53,960 bases of DNA from Clostridia bacterium (GTDB lineage Bacteria; Bacillota; Clostridia; UBA1381; UBA9506). Made by a program: the position numbers and the translations under genes. Positions 35,733 to 47,534 of the stretch are shown here, one piece after another. Numbering within the stretch: the stretch's first letter is position 1; the number at the start of each line of letters is the position of its first letter. The notes beneath the pieces are model-generated. The model searched no databases. It saw only the letters and a program-made list of their open reading frames with translations, and was not told where the DNA came from. Where the stretch lies: the NCBI GenBank assembly GCA_045595745.1, contig JAZOBB010000053.1, positions 1 through 53,960 of the forward strand, given 5' to 3'.

Positions 35733-36025
35733 TGACTTATGCACATGATATTATTATCAAACCTATCATTTCCGAGCAGAGTATGGACCAGATCGCTGAA
35801 AAGAAGTACACCTTCTGCGTAGCGAAAAGTGCCAACAAAATCGAAATCAAAAAAGCGATTGAGGAAATCTTTGACGTAAAAGTTGAAAAGGTTACCACCG
35901 CTAATATGCTTGGCAAAATGAAGAGAATGGGCCGTAACGAAGGCAGAAGAGCAAGCTGGAAAAAAGCTATTGTTAAACTTACTGCTGACAGCAAAACAAT
36001 CGAGTTCTTCGAGGGTATGGCGTAA
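35732..36025 (+). CDS. rplW: 50S ribosomal protein L23
   Basis: 97 aa. TAATG overlap with rpl[17 protein letters not shown]. Confidence 0.95.
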   Translation: MTYAHDIIIKPIISEQSMDQIAEKKYTFCVAKSANKIEIKKAIEEIFDVKVEKVTTANMLGKMKRMGRNEGRRASWKKAIVKLTADSKTIEFFEGMA

Positions 36026-36111
36026 GATACGCTTTGCTGAACACTATGGATGCACAGCGGCTTTTAAATAAGAAGTGCATTCGATAACATTTATTAAGGA
36101 GTGAAAAGGAT

Positions 36112-36945
36112 ATGGCAATGAAAAAGTATAATCCTACGTCTCCTGCCAGAAGATTTATGACGGTTTCCACTTTCGAGGAAATTACAAAGTATGAGCCTGA
36201 GCGTTCACTGCTCGAGCCGATGAACAAATCAGCTGGTAGAAACTCTTACGGCAGAATTACTGTCAGACACAGAGGCGGCGGAAACAAGAGAAAATACAGA
36301 ATCATTGATTTTAAAAGAAATAAAATCGGTGCTGCTACTGTTATCGGTATTGAATACGATCCGAACCGTAGCGCAAACATCGCACTGGTACAGTACGAGG
36401 ATGGCGAAAAGAGATACTTCCTCGCTCCTAACGGTGTGACAGACGGCGCAGTTTTGGTAACTGATCCGAACGGTGCTGATATTAAACCGGGTAACGCAAT
36501 GCAGATTCAGTTTATCCCTGTTGGTACTCTGATTCATAACATTGAGCTTATGCCTGGTAAAGGCGGTCAGCTTGTTAGAACAGCAGGTGCTGCTGCTCAG
36601 CTGATGGCTAAAGAAGACAAGTATGCACAGGTAAGACTTCCCTCCGGTGAGGTTCGTTTAATCCGTATGGATTGTATGGCTACCATCGGTCAGATCGGTA
36701 ACTTAGACCACGAAAACGTTTCTATCGGTAAAGCCGGAAGAAAACGTCACATGGGCTGGAGACCGACAGTCAGAGGTTCTGTTATGAACCCGTGCGACCA
36801 TCCTCATGGTGGTGGTGAAGGTAAGTCTCCTATCGGACGTCCGAGCCCGGTTACTCCGTGGGGTAAACCTGCTCTGGGCTTAAAGACCAGAAAGAAAAAG
36901 AACATCAATGACAAGTTCATTGTTAAGAGAAGAAACGAGAAATAA
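36112..36945 (+). CDS. rplB: 50S ribosomal protein L2
   Basis: 277 aa. [10 protein letters not shown] and [13 protein letters not shown] motifs. Confidence 0.97.
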   Translation: MAMKKYNPTSPARRFMTVSTFEEITKYEPERSLLEPMNKSAGRNSYGRITVRHRGGGNKRKYRIIDFKRNKIGAATVIGIEYDPNRSANIALVQYEDGEKRYFLAPNGVTDGAVLVTDPNGADIKPGNAMQIQFIPVGTLIHNIELMPGKGGQLVRTAGAAAQLMAKEDKYAQVRLPSGEVRLIRMDCMATIGQIGNLDHENVSIGKAGRKRHMGWRPTVRGSVMNPCDHPHGGGEGKSPIGRPSPVTPWGKPALGLKTRKKKNINDKFIVKRRNEK

Positions 36946-37008
36946 TTAAGTTTCGTGCGGAATGTCTGAAATTATTTCGGACAACATTAGCGCAAAGGAG
37001 GCAAAAAG

Positions 37009-37284
37009 ATGAGCAGATCCATTAAAAAAGGACCTTTCGTTGCCGAAAGCTTGATGAGCAAAATTATCAAGATGAACGAACTCAACGAAAAGAAGGTTGT
37101 TAAGACCTGGTCAAGAAGCTCTACCATCTTTCCGGAAATGGTAGGTCATACAATAGCTGTCCATGACGGAAGAAAGCACGTTCCGGTATTCGTAACAGAG
37201 GATATGGTCGGACACAAGCTGGGTGAGTTTGCTCCCACCCGTACGTATAAAGGACATGCCGGAAACAAAACATCCGGAAGATAA
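37009..37284 (+). CDS. rpsS: 30S ribosomal protein S19
   Basis: 91 aa. [19 protein letters not shown]. Confidence 0.97.
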   Translation: MSRSIKKGPFVAESLMSKIIKMNELNEKKVVKTWSRSSTIFPEMVGHTIAVHDGRKHVPVFVTEDMVGHKLGEFAPTRTYKGHAGNKTSGR

Positions 37285-37316
37285 TTATTATCCTTTTTAG
37301 AGAGGAGGAAACAACA

Positions 37317-37655
37317 GTGGAAGCAAGAGCTAAATTAAGTTATGCTCGTATTTCATCAAGAAAAGTTAAAATCGTTATAGATATGATTCGCAACAAGCCG
37401 GTTGCAGTTGCAATGGGAATTTTAAAGCAGACACCGAAAGCAGCAAGTGAGTTGCTCGTTAAGCTTTTAGAATCTGCAATGGCTAATGCTGAAAATAATC
37501 ATAACATGGATATCAACAAGCTGTATGTGGCAGAAATTTATGCAAATCAGGGACCGACATTAAAGAGAATTCGTCCCAGAGCACAGGGTCGTGCATTCCG
37601 TATCAGAAAACGCACAAGCCACATCACAATCGTATTGAAAGAAAAAGAAAATTAA
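37317..37655 (+). CDS. rplV: 50S ribosomal protein L22
   Basis: GTG start after [23 protein letters not shown]. Confidence 0.95.
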   Translation: MEARAKLSYARISSRKVKIVIDMIRNKPVAVAMGILKQTPKAASELLVKLLESAMANAENNHNMDINKLYVAEIYANQGPTLKRIRPRAQGRAFRIRKRTSHITIVLKEKEN

Positions 37656-37675
37656 TAAAGAAGGAGGTAAGCAGA

Positions 37676-38338
37676 TTGGGTCAGAAAGTACATCCACATG
37701 GATTAAGAGTAGGAGTAATTAAAGACTGGGATTCCAGATGGTTTGCAAATGACCAGGATTTCGGTGATTACTTGGTAGAAGATTACAAAATCAGAAAGTT
37801 TCTGAAAAAATTACTGTTCCCGGCAGGCATCTCTAAAATCGAGATTGAACGTACTGCTAAGAGAATCAGAGTTAATATCTTTGCTGCTAAGCCGGGTATC
37901 ATTATCGGCCGCGGCGGTAGCGAAATTGATAAGGTTAAAAAACAGCTCGAGGTTATGACCGGTAAAGGTATCGCCTTAAACATTGAGGAAGTTAAACAGC
38001 CCGACGTTGATGCACAGCTCGTTGCAGAGAACATTGCATCACAGTTAGAGCGCAGAATTTCCTTCCGTAAGGCTATGAAATCCGTTATGGGTCGTGCAAT
38101 GAAGCTTGGTGCAAAAGGTATCAAGACTTGCTGTAGCGGTCGCTTAGGCGGCGCAGAAATTGCAAGAAGCGAGCATTATCATGAAGGAACGATTCCGCTC
38201 CAGACATTGCGTGCGGACATCGACTACGGTTTCTGGGAAGCGAATACAACCTATGGTAAAATAGGTGTTAAGGTATGGATATACAAAGGCGAAATCCTTC
38301 CCGAAAGCAAAAAGAATCAGAAGACGGGAGGTAAATAA
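37676..38338 (+). CDS. rpsC: 30S ribosomal protein S3
   Basis: TTG start after AAGGAGG. Begins [15 protein letters not shown]-domain motif GRGGSEI. Confidence 0.96.
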   Translation: MGQKVHPHGLRVGVIKDWDSRWFANDQDFGDYLVEDYKIRKFLKKLLFPAGISKIEIERTAKRIRVNIFAAKPGIIIGRGGSEIDKVKKQLEVMTGKGIALNIEEVKQPDVDAQLVAENIASQLERRISFRKAMKSVMGRAMKLGAKGIKTCCSGRLGGAEIARSEHYHEGTIPLQTLRADIDYGFWEANTTYGKIGVKVWIYKGEILPESKKNQKTGGK

Positions 38339-38341
38339 GTC

Positions 38342-38767
38342 ATGTTATTGCCTAAGAGAGTAAAATACAGAAGAGTTATGCGCGGCAGAATGAAAGGTAC
38401 CGCTACTCGCGGTAACACTCTGACATACGGTAAGTTCGGTCTTCAGGCTTTAGAGCCGAGCTGGATTACCAGCAACCAGATTGAGGCTGCCCGTATCGCT
38501 ATGACTCGTTATATCAAAAGAGGCGGACAGGTTTGGATTAAAATCTTCCCTGATAAGCCGGTTACGGAAAAACCTGCTGAAACTCGAATGGGTTCAGGTA
38601 AAGGTTCACCGGAATACTGGGTTGCGGTTGTAAAACCGGGCAGAGTATTATTCGAAATTGATGGCGTTTCAGAGGAAATAGCAAGAGAAGCTATGCGTCT
38701 TGCTAGCCACAAACTTCCGGTTAAATGTAAGTTTGTATCCCGTGAGGCCGAAGAAATGGAGGGTTAA
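38342..38767 (+). CDS. rplP: 50S ribosomal protein L16
   Basis: 141 aa. [21 protein letters not shown]. Confidence 0.97.
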   Translation: MLLPKRVKYRRVMRGRMKGTATRGNTLTYGKFGLQALEPSWITSNQIEAARIAMTRYIKRGGQVWIKIFPDKPVTEKPAETRMGSGKGSPEYWVAVVKPGRVLFEIDGVSEEIAREAMRLASHKLPVKCKFVSREAEEMEG

Positions 38768-38771
38768 GCAC

Positions 38772-38975
38772 ATGAAAGTGAATGAAATTCGTGATTTCAC
38801 GGATGTTGAATTGGAAAGCACTCTGGCTGACCTGAAGAAAGAGCTCTTTAACCTCAGATTTCAAAACGCAACAAATCAGCTCGAGAATCCTATGAGAATA
38901 GGCGAGGTTAAAAAATCAATTGCCAGAATTAAAACAGTTATGGTTGAAAGAAAGCTCGAAAAGGCTGCAAACTAA
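38772..38975 (+). CDS. rpmC: 50S ribosomal protein L29
   Basis: ORF track 38700.. trimmed to ATG 38772. [16 protein letters not shown]. Confidence 0.94.
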   Translation: MKVNEIRDFTDVELESTLADLKKELFNLRFQNATNQLENPMRIGEVKKSIARIKTVMVERKLEKAAN

Positions 38976-39010
38976 TTTAGAGTGTAGTATGCTTGGAAGG
39001 AGTGAAAGAA

Positions 39011-39265
39011 TTGGAGCGTAACTTTAGAAAGCAGAGAACCGGTAAGGTTATCAGCAACAAGATGGACAAAACTATCGTAGTTGCAATTGAGTATAACGTT
39101 AAGCATCCGCTTTACGGAAAAATCGTAAAGAGAACTTATAAACTGAAAGCGCATGACGAAAACAATCAGTGTAACATCGGTGACAGAGTATTGGTTATGG
39201 AGACCCGTCGTCTGTCAAAGGATAAGAGATGGAGATTGGTTGAAATCGTTGAAAAAGCGCAATAA
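39011..39265 (+). CDS. rpsQ: 30S ribosomal protein S17
   Basis: ORF track 38993 (TTG). TTG 39011, 8-9 nt after GGAAGGAG, gives [13 protein letters not shown], the typical S17 N-terminus. The start is uncertain by 18 nt. Confidence 0.9.
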   Translation: MERNFRKQRTGKVISNKMDKTIVVAIEYNVKHPLYGKIVKRTYKLKAHDENNQCNIGDRVLVMETRRLSKDKRWRLVEIVEKAQ

Positions 39266-39318
39266 TTACTTTAACTAAACAGTAAATATCGAATAAGCAC
39301 AGAATGGAGGGTAACCAA

Positions 39319-39687
39319 ATGATTCAACAGCAAACGCTTTTGAAGGTTGCTGATAACACCGGCGCAAAAGAGCTGATGTGCATCAGAATATTAGGTGGTT
39401 CTAAAAGAAGATATGCGGCAATCGGTGACGTTATCGTTGCTTCTGTCAAAAAAGCAACGCCCGGCGGTGTTGTAAAAAAAGGCGACGTTGTCAAGGCTGT
39501 CGTTGTACGTTCGGTTTCCGGCGTAAGACGTAATGACGGTACCTACATCAAATTTGATGAAAATGCAGCCGTTATTATCAGAGATGACAAAAACCCGAGA
39601 GGTACCCGTATTTTCGGACCTGTCGCAAGAGAACTCAGAGAGAAAGAATATATGAAGATTCTTTCATTGGCTCCTGAGGTTCTGTAA
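39319..39687 (+). CDS. rplN: 50S ribosomal protein L14
   Basis: Trimmed to ATG 39319. Begins [17 protein letters not shown]. Confidence 0.96.
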   Translation: MIQQQTLLKVADNTGAKELMCIRILGGSKRRYAAIGDVIVASVKKATPGGVVKKGDVVKAVVVRSVSGVRRNDGTYIKFDENAAVIIRDDKNPRGTRIFGPVARELREKEYMKILSLAPEVL

Positions 39688-39740
39688 TATCAAAACTTCA
39701 TGTATAACACGTGGGTTTTCCCATCAAGGAGGTGCCGAAA

Positions 39741-40064
39741 TTGGCTAAAATGCACATTAAATCCGGAGACGAGGTTGTAGTTATTTCCGGAAAAGATAAA
39801 GGCAAAAAAGGCAAAGTAATCCAGGTTATGCCTGAGAGCGGAAAGGCAATTGTCGAGGGTGTTGCAATAGCAACCAAGCACAAAAAGCCGAGACAGCAGG
39901 GACAGCCGGGCGGTATTTTAAAGCAGGAAGCCGCTATTGACGCGTCCAACATTATGAACATCTGCTCCAAATGCGGTAAAGCGACAAGAATCGCTCGCAA
40001 AGTACTGGATAACGGTGAAAAAGTTAGATACTGCAAAAAATGTGGAGAAGTATATAACGACTAA
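39741..40064 (+). CDS. rplX: 50S ribosomal protein L24 (Cys4 zinc-ribbon C-terminus)
   Basis: TTG 39741, 9 nt after AGGAGG. An ATG at 39750 is also possible. KOW motif GDEVVVISGKDKGKKG. C-terminus has CSKC..17 aa..CKKC. Confidence 0.92.
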   Translation: MAKMHIKSGDEVVVISGKDKGKKGKVIQVMPESGKAIVEGVAIATKHKKPRQQGQPGGILKQEAAIDASNIMNICSKCGKATRIARKVLDNGEKVRYCKKCGEVYND

Positions 40065-40093
40065 TTTTTGCAAGAAGGAGGTAGTAATAGCGA

Positions 40094-40633
40094 ATGGCTA
40101 GATTGCAGGAAAAATATAGCAAAGAAGTTGCTCCGGCTCTTATGGAGAAATTCGGATACAAAAGCGTGATGCAGATTCCTAAGCTCGAGAAGATTATTAT
40201 CAACATCGGCTGTGGAGAAGCTAAAGAAAATGCTAAAGCACTCGACAGTGCGGTTAGCGATTTAGCAGCAATCACCGGACAGAAGCCCGTAATTACAAGG
40301 GCAAAAAAGAGCGTTGCTGCGTTCAAAGTTAGAGAAGGCATGCCTATCGGTTGCAAAGTTACACTTCGCAGCGATAAAATGTATGAATTCTTAGACAGAT
40401 TTTTCAACGTAGCACTGCCGCGCGTTAGGGACTTCCGTGGTATCAGCGCAAACTCATTTGACGGCAGAGGTAACTACTCTGTAGGTATCAAAGAGCAGCT
40501 GATTTTCCCGGAAATTGACTACGACAAGATTGACAAAATCAGAGGTATGGATATTATCATGGTTACGACCGCTAAAACGGATGAGGAAGCAAGAGAGCTC
40601 CTTAGCCTTATGGGCGCTCCGTTTGCGAAGTAA
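40094..40633 (+). CDS. rplE: 50S ribosomal protein L5
   Basis: 179 aa. [24 protein letters not shown]. Confidence 0.97.
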   Translation: MARLQEKYSKEVAPALMEKFGYKSVMQIPKLEKIIINIGCGEAKENAKALDSAVSDLAAITGQKPVITRAKKSVAAFKVREGMPIGCKVTLRSDKMYEFLDRFFNVALPRVRDFRGISANSFDGRGNYSVGIKEQLIFPEIDYDKIDKIRGMDIIMVTTAKTDEEARELLSLMGAPFAK

Positions 40634-40650
40634 TTAAGGAGGAAGAATTT

Positions 40651-40836
40651 ATGGCTAAGAAAGCTATGGTAAACAAACAGCAGAAAGCGCCTAAGTTCAG
40701 CACAAGAGCGTATAACAGATGTAAAATCTGTGGCAGACCCCATGCTTACCTCAGAAAGTTTGGCATCTGTCGTATCTGCTTTAGAGAATTGGCTTATAAA
40801 GGTCAGATTCCCGGCGTGAAAAAGGCGAGCTGGTAA
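40651..40836 (+). CDS. rpsN: 30S ribosomal protein S14 type Z (zinc-binding, 61 aa)
   Basis: CKICGRP..CRICFRE Cys4 motif. 61-aa short form. Confidence 0.96.
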   Translation: MAKKAMVNKQQKAPKFSTRAYNRCKICGRPHAYLRKFGICRICFRELAYKGQIPGVKKASW

Positions 40837-40873
40837 AATACGATTCGTAAACATTTTGGAAGGAGGTACTTTC

Positions 40874-41269
40874 ATGCAGACAACCGATCCTATTGCAGAT
40901 ATGCTTACTAGAATCAGAAATGCAAATTCTGCAAAACACGTTTCTGTAGACGTTCCTGCGTCTAATATGAAGAAAGCAATTGCTGAAATCTTATTAGAGG
41001 AAGGATATATAAAGAACTATCAGGTCATTGACGACGGCAAGCAGGGTGTAATCAGAATTGCACTTAAGTATGCCGGCAAAGAGAAGGTTATTTCCGGTAT
41101 TAAGAGAGTATCTAAGCCCGGTCTTAGAATTTATAAGAGCAAGGACGAGCTGCCGCAGGTTCTGCGCGGTCTGGGTATTGCGATTATCTCTACGTCAAAA
41201 GGTATTATGACCGATAAAAAAGCTAGAAAAGAAAACGTTGGCGGCGAAGTGCTGGCGTTTGTATGGTAA
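40874..41269 (+). CDS. rpsH: 30S ribosomal protein S8
   Basis: Trimmed to ATG 40874. [14 protein letters not shown]. Confidence 0.96.
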   Translation: MQTTDPIADMLTRIRNANSAKHVSVDVPASNMKKAIAEILLEEGYIKNYQVIDDGKQGVIRIALKYAGKEKVISGIKRVSKPGLRIYKSKDELPQVLRGLGIAIISTSKGIMTDKKARKENVGGEVLAFVW

Positions 41270-41302
41270 TTTTAAAAGCGAGACTATAAGGAGGTGCAAG
41301 CT

Positions 41303-41848
41303 GTGTCCAGAATTGGAAGAATGCCAATTACGGTTCCTGCCGGTGTTGATGTTAAAATTGCTGACAGCAATGTTATCACCGTTAAAGGACCGAAGGGTAC
41401 ACTTACTAAGGAATTACATCCTGATATGATTATTAAACAGGAAGGCAGCGAAATCAGCATTTGCCGCCCTTCTGAAATAAAAGCACACAAAGCGCTTCAC
41501 GGTCTTACAAGAACACTGCTTAATAACATGATTATCGGTGTTACTGAAGGCTATGAAAAAACACTGGAAGTTAACGGTGTTGGTTACAGAGCGCAGCTGC
41601 AGGGCAAAAACCTGCTGATGAACCTCGGTTATTCACATCCTGTTGAGATGGTTCCGGCTGAAGGTATTACTATTGAAGTACCGAACCCGAACACCATTAT
41701 CGTAAAGGGTATTGACAAACAGGTTGTTGGCGAGTTCGCAGCTAAAGTAAGAGAAAAGAGATTGCCTGAGCCGTATAAGGGCAAGGGTATCAAATACTCT
41801 TATGAACACATCAGACGTAAGGAAGGAAAAACCGGCGGTAAGAAATAA
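41303..41848 (+). CDS. rplF: 50S ribosomal protein L6
   Basis: GTG 41303, 7 nt after AAGGAGG. (M)[14 protein letters not shown]. Confidence 0.95.
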   Translation: MSRIGRMPITVPAGVDVKIADSNVITVKGPKGTLTKELHPDMIIKQEGSEISICRPSEIKAHKALHGLTRTLLNNMIIGVTEGYEKTLEVNGVGYRAQLQGKNLLMNLGYSHPVEMVPAEGITIEVPNPNTIIVKGIDKQVVGEFAAKVREKRLPEPYKGKGIKYSYEHIRRKEGKTGGKK

Positions 41849-41937
41849 TCCTGCCATCGTGTGGATCATTCACTTAATGTCAGGAGTCATGGCAAAATCC
41901 ATGCTCCGTACACATGAACAGTAAAGGAGTGAAAGTC

Positions 41938-42300
41938 TTGATTAAAAAGGAAAACAGTAATGTAGCCAGACTGAGAAGACATAAGAGAGTTCGTAAAAAC
42001 ATTAGCGGTACCGCTAGTCGTCCGAGACTTAATGTTTACAGAAGTCTGAAAAACATATATGCTCAGATTATCGATGACGATAAGGGCGTAACATTGGTTT
42101 CTGCTTCCTCGCTCGATGCTTCTTTAAAAGGAAAGAACGGCGGTAACAAAGAGGCTGCTCGTGAGGTTGGTAAGCTGGTTGCTGAAAAAGCAATCGAAAA
42201 AGGAATCAAAACTGTCGTATTTGACAGAGGCGGATATATTTACCACGGTCGTGTACAGGAACTTGCCGAAGGTGCAAGAGAAGGCGGCTTGGAATTCTAA
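41938..42300 (+). CDS. rplR: 50S ribosomal protein L18
   Basis: ORF track 41914.. trimmed to TTG 41938 after AAAGGAG. (M)[19 protein letters not shown]. Confidence 0.92.
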   Translation: MIKKENSNVARLRRHKRVRKNISGTASRPRLNVYRSLKNIYAQIIDDDKGVTLVSASSLDASLKGKNGGNKEAAREVGKLVAEKAIEKGIKTVVFDRGGYIYHGRVQELAEGAREGGLEF

Positions 42301-42318
42301 GAGAAGGAGGAGAACAGT

Positions 42319-42822
42319 TTGGCTCAGTTGATTGACGCAAGTGTCTTGGATATAAAAGAAAGAGTAGTAAACTTAAACCGTGTTGCTAAGGTTGTTAAGG
42401 GCGGTAGAACTTTCCGTTTCAGCGCACTGGTTGTTGTCGGTGACGAGAACGGCTATGTTGGCTGCGGAACCGGTAAAGCAGCTGAAATTCCGGATGCTAT
42501 CCGCAACGGAATTGAAGATGCTAAGAAGAACCTTGTTCATGTTAATATGAAAGGAACTTCTATTCCGCATGAGACAATCGGTGAGTACGGTGCTGGTCGC
42601 GTACTGTTAAAGCCTGCTGCAGAAGGTACCGGTGTTATCGCCGGCGGCGCTGCTCGTGCAGTTTTAGAGCTTGCAGGTATTCGCGACATCAGAACAAAAT
42701 CGCTTCGTTCCAATAATCCCCGCAACGTTGTTCAGGCTACTATTGCCGGCCTCGCTTCTTTAAAGAGCGCAGAGGAAGTTGCTAATTTAAGAGGGAAATC
42801 GGTAGAAGATATATTAGGTTAG
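42319..42822 (+). CDS. rpsE: 30S ribosomal protein S5
   Basis: TTG start after [30 protein letters not shown]. Confidence 0.96.
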   Translation: MAQLIDASVLDIKERVVNLNRVAKVVKGGRTFRFSALVVVGDENGYVGCGTGKAAEIPDAIRNGIEDAKKNLVHVNMKGTSIPHETIGEYGAGRVLLKPAAEGTGVIAGGAARAVLELAGIRDIRTKSLRSNNPRNVVQATIAGLASLKSAEEVANLRGKSVEDILG

Positions 42823-42835
42823 GAGGGTGAACGTT

Positions 42836-43018
42836 ATGGCAGGAAAGCTGAAGGTAACTCTCGTTAAGAGTACAATCGGCAGAAAAAAAGACCATATCGC
42901 TACGGCGCACGCTCTGGGCCTCAAGAAAATCAGAGACGTGAAAGAGCATAATGACAATCCGGGTATCAGAGGTATGGTAAGCAAAATTGATTATCTGGTA
43001 AAGGTAGAAGAAATCTAA
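42836..43018 (+). CDS. rpmD: 50S ribosomal protein L30
   Basis: Trimmed to ATG 42836. [20 protein letters not shown]. Confidence 0.95.
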   Translation: MAGKLKVTLVKSTIGRKKDHIATAHALGLKKIRDVKEHNDNPGIRGMVSKIDYLVKVEEI

Positions 43019-43039
43019 ATACTAAAGGAGGTGCGCTAG

Positions 43040-43483
43040 ATGAAACTTAACGAACTGAGACCGGCTGAAGGTTCTAAAAAGGAAGCTTTCAGAGTAGGTC
43101 GCGGACATGGTTCAGGTAACGGAAAAACCGCAGGCAGAGGACATAAGGGTCAGAAGGCACGTTCGGGCGGCGGAGTACGTCCCGGTTTTGAAGGCGGCCA
43201 GATGCCTCTTTACAGACGTTTGCCGAAAAGAGGTTTTACGAATATATTTGCTAAGGTTTACACGGAGATTAATGTTTCCGATTTAAATCGCTTTGAAAAT
43301 GGCGCTGAAGTAACTGCAGAGGCACTCAAAGCTGTAGGAATCATTAAAAAGGTAAACGATGGTATCGTCGTGTTAGGTCGCGGCGAACTTACAGCACAGA
43401 ATTTGACTGTTAAGGCTGCAAAATTCTCCAAATCGGCCGCAGAGAAAATCACGGGAGCCGGCGGGAAGGCGGAGGTGATCTAA
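43040..43483 (+). CDS. rplO: 50S ribosomal protein L15
   Basis: 147 aa. [25 protein letters not shown]. Confidence 0.96.
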   Translation: MKLNELRPAEGSKKEAFRVGRGHGSGNGKTAGRGHKGQKARSGGGVRPGFEGGQMPLYRRLPKRGFTNIFAKVYTEINVSDLNRFENGAEVTAEALKAVGIIKKVNDGIVVLGRGELTAQNLTVKAAKFSKSAAEKITGAGGKAEVI

Positions 43484-43484
43484 G

Positions 43485-44777
43485 ATGTTACAAACTCTTA
43501 GAAATGCTTGGAAAATTCCCGATTTAAGAAAAAAAATGCTGTATACACTTTTAATGCTGTTCATATTCAGACTGGGCTCTTATGTTCCGGTTCCGGGTTT
43601 GACTGGTACCGCAATCGCCTCGTTTATGGGCGGTTTTCAGGAAGGTATGCAGGGACTTTTGAACAACTTTTCGGGTGGTGCACTCGAGCGTGGTTCAATT
43701 TTTGCAATGAGTATTTCGCCCTACATCAATTCAAGCATTATTATCCAGCTTTTAACGGTTGCAATTCCGGCGCTGGAGCGTATGGCTAAAGAAGGAGAAG
43801 AAGGCAAGAAAAAAATTGCTTCTATTACTCGTTATTTAACAGTTGTACTCGGCTTTATTCAGGCAGTTGGACTGTATTTCGGTTTAAAAGGCGGAATGAC
43901 AGGTAATGCGGTAATGAATTTCTTTATCGTAACAATTACTTTAACCGCCGGAACTGCATTTTTGATGTGGCTGGGTGAGCAGATCACCGAAAAGGGCATT
44001 GGTAACGGTATTTCATTGTTAATCTTTGCAGGTATCGTTTCTCGCGGTCCGGCGATGATTCGCTCGTTACAGGCAACACTGTTTGCTAGCGGTAACATTA
44101 GCATTCAGTCTGTTGTCACTTTAATTGCTATTGTTGCAATTGCTGTATTAGCAGTTGGTTTTGTTGTTACAATGAATGATGCAGAACGCAGAATTCCTGT
44201 TCAGTATGCTAAAAGAGTTGTTGGACGTAAAATGTATGGCGGTCAGAGCACACATATTCCGCTGAAGATTTCTATGGCGGGCGTTATCCCGATTATCTTT
44301 GCGGTTTCAATTATGTCGTTCCCTCAGACAATCAGCATGTTCATTAACGGACAGGAAGCTCCGGCTACCGGATTCTGGGCGGCGATTCTTCGTCTGTTCC
44401 AGCAGACACATCCGTTCTATATCATTGCATACTTCCTGCTGATTCTTTTCTTCACGTATTTCTATACAGCTATTCAGTTCAATCCAATTGAGATTGCGAA
44501 TAACATGAAGAAGAACGGCGGATTTATTCCGGGCATCCGTCCGGGCAAACCGACATCGGATTATATTTCGAGAATTTTGTCGAAGGTTACACTGTTTGGT
44601 GCATTCTTCCTCGCAATTATCGCAATTTTCCCGATACTGCTCGCGTTTGTTCCGAACCTCGGAGCTGTATCTATCGGTGGTACTTCATTGCTCATCGTTG
44701 TAGGTGTTGCTTTAGAAACCACAAAACAGATGGAGTCTCAGATGCTTACGAGACATTACAAAGGATTTTTAGAGTAA
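43485..44777 (+). CDS. secY: Preprotein translocase subunit SecY
   Basis: 430 aa, 10 predicted TM segments. GSYVPVPG, MWLGEQITEKGIGNGISL. Confidence 0.97.
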   Translation: MLQTLRNAWKIPDLRKKMLYTLLMLFIFRLGSYVPVPGLTGTAIASFMGGFQEGMQGLLNNFSGGALERGSIFAMSISPYINSSIIIQLLTVAIPALERMAKEGEEGKKKIASITRYLTVVLGFIQAVGLYFGLKGGMTGNAVMNFFIVTITLTAGTAFLMWLGEQITEKGIGNGISLLIFAGIVSRGPAMIRSLQATLFASGNISIQSVVTLIAIVAIAVLAVGFVVTMNDAERRIPVQYAKRVVGRKMYGGQSTHIPLKISMAGVIPIIFAVSIMSFPQTISMFINGQEAPATGFWAAILRLFQQTHPFYIIAYFLLILFFTYFYTAIQFNPIEIANNMKKNGGFIPGIRPGKPTSDYISRILSKVTLFGAFFLAIIAIFPILLAFVPNLGAVSIGGTSLLIVVGVALETTKQMESQMLTRHYKGFLE

Positions 44778-44808
44778 GTTAAGTCTCAAAATAAAGGTGG
44801 AATTTAAT

Positions 44809-45456
44809 ATGAAACTGGTTCTTTTAGGACCGCCGGGTGCCGGTAAAGGTACACAGGCGGCGAACCTGGCAAAAGAATATCAGATTCCCGCCATTTCAAC
44901 CGGTCATATCATCCGCACAGCCATAAGCGAAAAAACACCGGTAGGCAAAATTGCCGAGGAGTTTATTAAACGCGGCGAGCTGGTGCCGGATGATACAGTG
45001 GTTGAGCTTGTAAAAGCACGACTTGCTGAGGATGATTGCAAGAATGGATATATTCTTGATGGTTTTCCGAGAACTTTGGCACAGGCTGAAATTATGGACG
45101 AGACTTCAATCGGAGTCGACTTCGTTTTAGACATTGATGTGCCTGACGAAAAACTGGTTGAACGCTTATCAGGTCGCCGTGAATGCAAAAAATGCGGTGC
45201 GGCATACCATGTTTTGTACAATCCTACAAAAGATGGAAAAACCTGTGATAAGTGTGGAGGAGAACTGGTTATGCGCAGCGATGATGTTCCTGAGGTTATC
45301 TTAAAAAGACTTGAGGTTTACCACAAGCAGACAGAACCTTTAAAGGAATATTATACAAAACAGGGCAAAGTGACCACTATACAGGGTCAGAAAGACCTGG
45401 CTGAAACAACTCGTATGGTTTTAGATGCTGTTAAAGAAGCAGGAGCTAAGTTATGA
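44809..45456 (+). CDS. adk: Adenylate kinase (zinc-lid form)
   Basis: Trimmed to ATG 44809. GPPGAGKGTQ P-loop. Lid CKKC..CDKC. Confidence 0.96.
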   Translation: MKLVLLGPPGAGKGTQAANLAKEYQIPAISTGHIIRTAISEKTPVGKIAEEFIKRGELVPDDTVVELVKARLAEDDCKNGYILDGFPRTLAQAEIMDETSIGVDFVLDIDVPDEKLVERLSGRRECKKCGAAYHVLYNPTKDGKTCDKCGGELVMRSDDVPEVILKRLEVYHKQTEPLKEYYTKQGKVTTIQGQKDLAETTRMVLDAVKEAGAKL

Positions 45457-46202
45457 TAAGAGTTAAATCGGAACATGAAATAGAAAAGATGCGAACTGCA
45501 GGGAAAATTGTTGCCGAAACATTTGAAATGTTGGCAGAAACAATTAAGCCGGGGGTTACCACTAAGGAGCTTAACGCGTTAGCAGATGAGTTCATTAAGA
45601 AAAATAATGCAACTTGTTCGTTTTATCGCTATAACGGCTATCCGGCAAGCATCTGCACATCTGTTAACGAACAGGTGGTTCATGGAATCCCAAGCGGCAG
45701 TGTGACTTTAAAAGGCGGCGATATTGTTAGTATTGATATCGGCGCATGCTATGATGGGTATCACGGTGACGCGGCAAGAACCTTTGCTGTCGGTACAATC
45801 AGTAGCGAGGCTCAAAGGTTGATTGATGTAACAAAGCAAAGCTTTTTTGAAGGTATGTCTAAAGCAATACCGGGCAACAGAGTCGGCGATATTGCCTATG
45901 CTGTGCAATCTTATGTAGAATCAAATGGTTTTTCGGTTGTGCGTGCGCTGGTTGGACACGGCGTTGGAGCTGAACTGCACGAGGCACCTGAAGTTCCGAA
46001 TTTCGGAGAGGCAGGTCGCGGTGTTAGATTGGTCTCCGGTATGACAATCGCTATAGAGCCTATGGTAAATATGGGTACGTATCATGTTAACACTCTGTCC
46101 GATGGTTGGACAGTGGTAACTGCGGACTCTAAGCTGTCAGCTCACTACGAAAATTCAGTTGTGGTGACAGCGAAAGGTCCCGAAATTCTTACTAAGTGTT
46201 AA
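45453..46202 (+). CDS. map: Methionine aminopeptidase type I
   Basis: 249 aa. VVHGIP, DIGACYDGYHGD, GHGVG, EPMV. Confidence 0.95.
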   Translation: MIRVKSEHEIEKMRTAGKIVAETFEMLAETIKPGVTTKELNALADEFIKKNNATCSFYRYNGYPASICTSVNEQVVHGIPSGSVTLKGGDIVSIDIGACYDGYHGDAARTFAVGTISSEAQRLIDVTKQSFFEGMSKAIPGNRVGDIAYAVQSYVESNGFSVVRALVGHGVGAELHEAPEVPNFGEAGRGVRLVSGMTIAIEPMVNMGTYHVNTLSDGWTVVTADSKLSAHYENSVVVTAKGPEILTKC

Positions 46203-46226
46203 TTATTCTTTTGAGGTGATGATATT

Positions 46227-46502
46227 TTGGAACTTAATGCCGGTGAAATAGTGTGTTCGAAGGCAGGCAGGGACAAAGGAAGGTACTTTGTGGTTATGGA
46301 AACCGAGGGCAGCGAATACGTCTTTGTTTGTGACGGAAAGCTGAGAAAGGTTGACAAGCCGAAAAAGAAGAAAGTAAAGCATCTTGTTAAAACAGGTCAG
46401 TTAGCTGACTGTATCAAGGAAAAGCTTGAATCAGGTGAAAGGATTACTAATCCGGAGCTGAGGAGTGTTTTGAGCGAGATGAACAGTGACGCAAACGTAT
46501 AA
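46227..46502 (+). CDS. KOW-domain RNA-binding protein (small, between map and infA)
   Basis: TTG start after GAGGTGA. GEIVCSKAGRDKGRYFVV KOW-like motif and a lysine-rich stretch. Confidence 0.7.
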   Translation: MELNAGEIVCSKAGRDKGRYFVVMETEGSEYVFVCDGKLRKVDKPKKKKVKHLVKTGQLADCIKEKLESGERITNPELRSVLSEMNSDANV

Positions 46503-46514
46503 GGAGGCTGTAAA

Positions 46515-46733
46515 ATGGCGAAAGATGGTGTATTAGAGCTGGAAGGCACAGTGCTTGAAGCATTGCCAAATGCTATGTTTCAGGTAGAGCTTGAGAACGG
46601 ACATCAGATTTTAGCGCATATTTCCGGAAAGCTGAGAATGAATTTTATTCGAATTTTGCCGGGAGATAAGGTTACAGTAGAGCTCTCTCCGTATGATTTG
46701 ACAAAAGGCAGAATTACCTGGAGAGCGAAATAA
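46515..46733 (+). CDS. infA: Translation initiation factor IF-1
   Basis: 72 aa. [35 protein letters not shown]. Confidence 0.97.
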   Translation: MAKDGVLELEGTVLEALPNAMFQVELENGHQILAHISGKLRMNFIRILPGDKVTVELSPYDLTKGRITWRAK

Positions 46734-46858
46734 GTAAGCTTTATGCGGAAGTTTCCGCTTATAAAATAACAAGACATATATTGTCTTGACCAATGTATCG
46801 GTAGTGCCAAGTGGTATCTGCCAAATAAGTTATAAAAGTTAAGCCGCATTTGCGGTGA

Positions 46859-46999
<141 letters not shown>

Positions 47000-47109
47000 T
47001 CCTTTAATGCTTAAAGTCCGGTCAGGGCGGCTGCGCACCTTTGGTGCGACCTGACGGATTCCTATATTAATTGCTTTACAATGCTTAAAACAGGAGGTGC
47101 TACAAGTAA

Positions 47110-47478
47110 ATGGCCAGAATTTCAGGTGTTGACTTACCAAGAGAAAAAAGAGTTGAAATCGGTTTGACTTATGTTTACGGTATCGGTCTTCCGAGTTCAC
47201 AGAAGATTCTGAGCGAAGCGGGCATTAATCCCGACACTCGTGTTAAAGACTTGACCGAGGACGAAGTTCAGAAGTTAAGAGAAATTATCGATAGAGATTA
47301 CACAGTAGAAGGCGATTTAAGACGTAATGTTGCGCTCGACATCAAAAGATTGATGGAAATCGGTTGCTACCGCGGAATCAGACATAGAAAGGGTCTGCCG
47401 GTTAGAGGGCAGAGAACCAAGACAAATGCCAGAACCAGAAAGGGTCCGGCTCGTACAATTGCTAACAAGAAGAAATAA
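47110..47478 (+). CDS. rpsM: 30S ribosomal protein S13
   Basis: 122 aa. [14 protein letters not shown]. Confidence 0.97.
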   Translation: MARISGVDLPREKRVEIGLTYVYGIGLPSSQKILSEAGINPDTRVKDLTEDEVQKLREIIDRDYTVEGDLRRNVALDIKRLMEIGCYRGIRHRKGLPVRGQRTKTNARTRKGPARTIANKKK

Positions 47479-47534
47479 TCTTTAGGTAATTTACGAATTA
47501 TTTTGTCAGTATTTGCGAAAGGAGGAAATTATTC

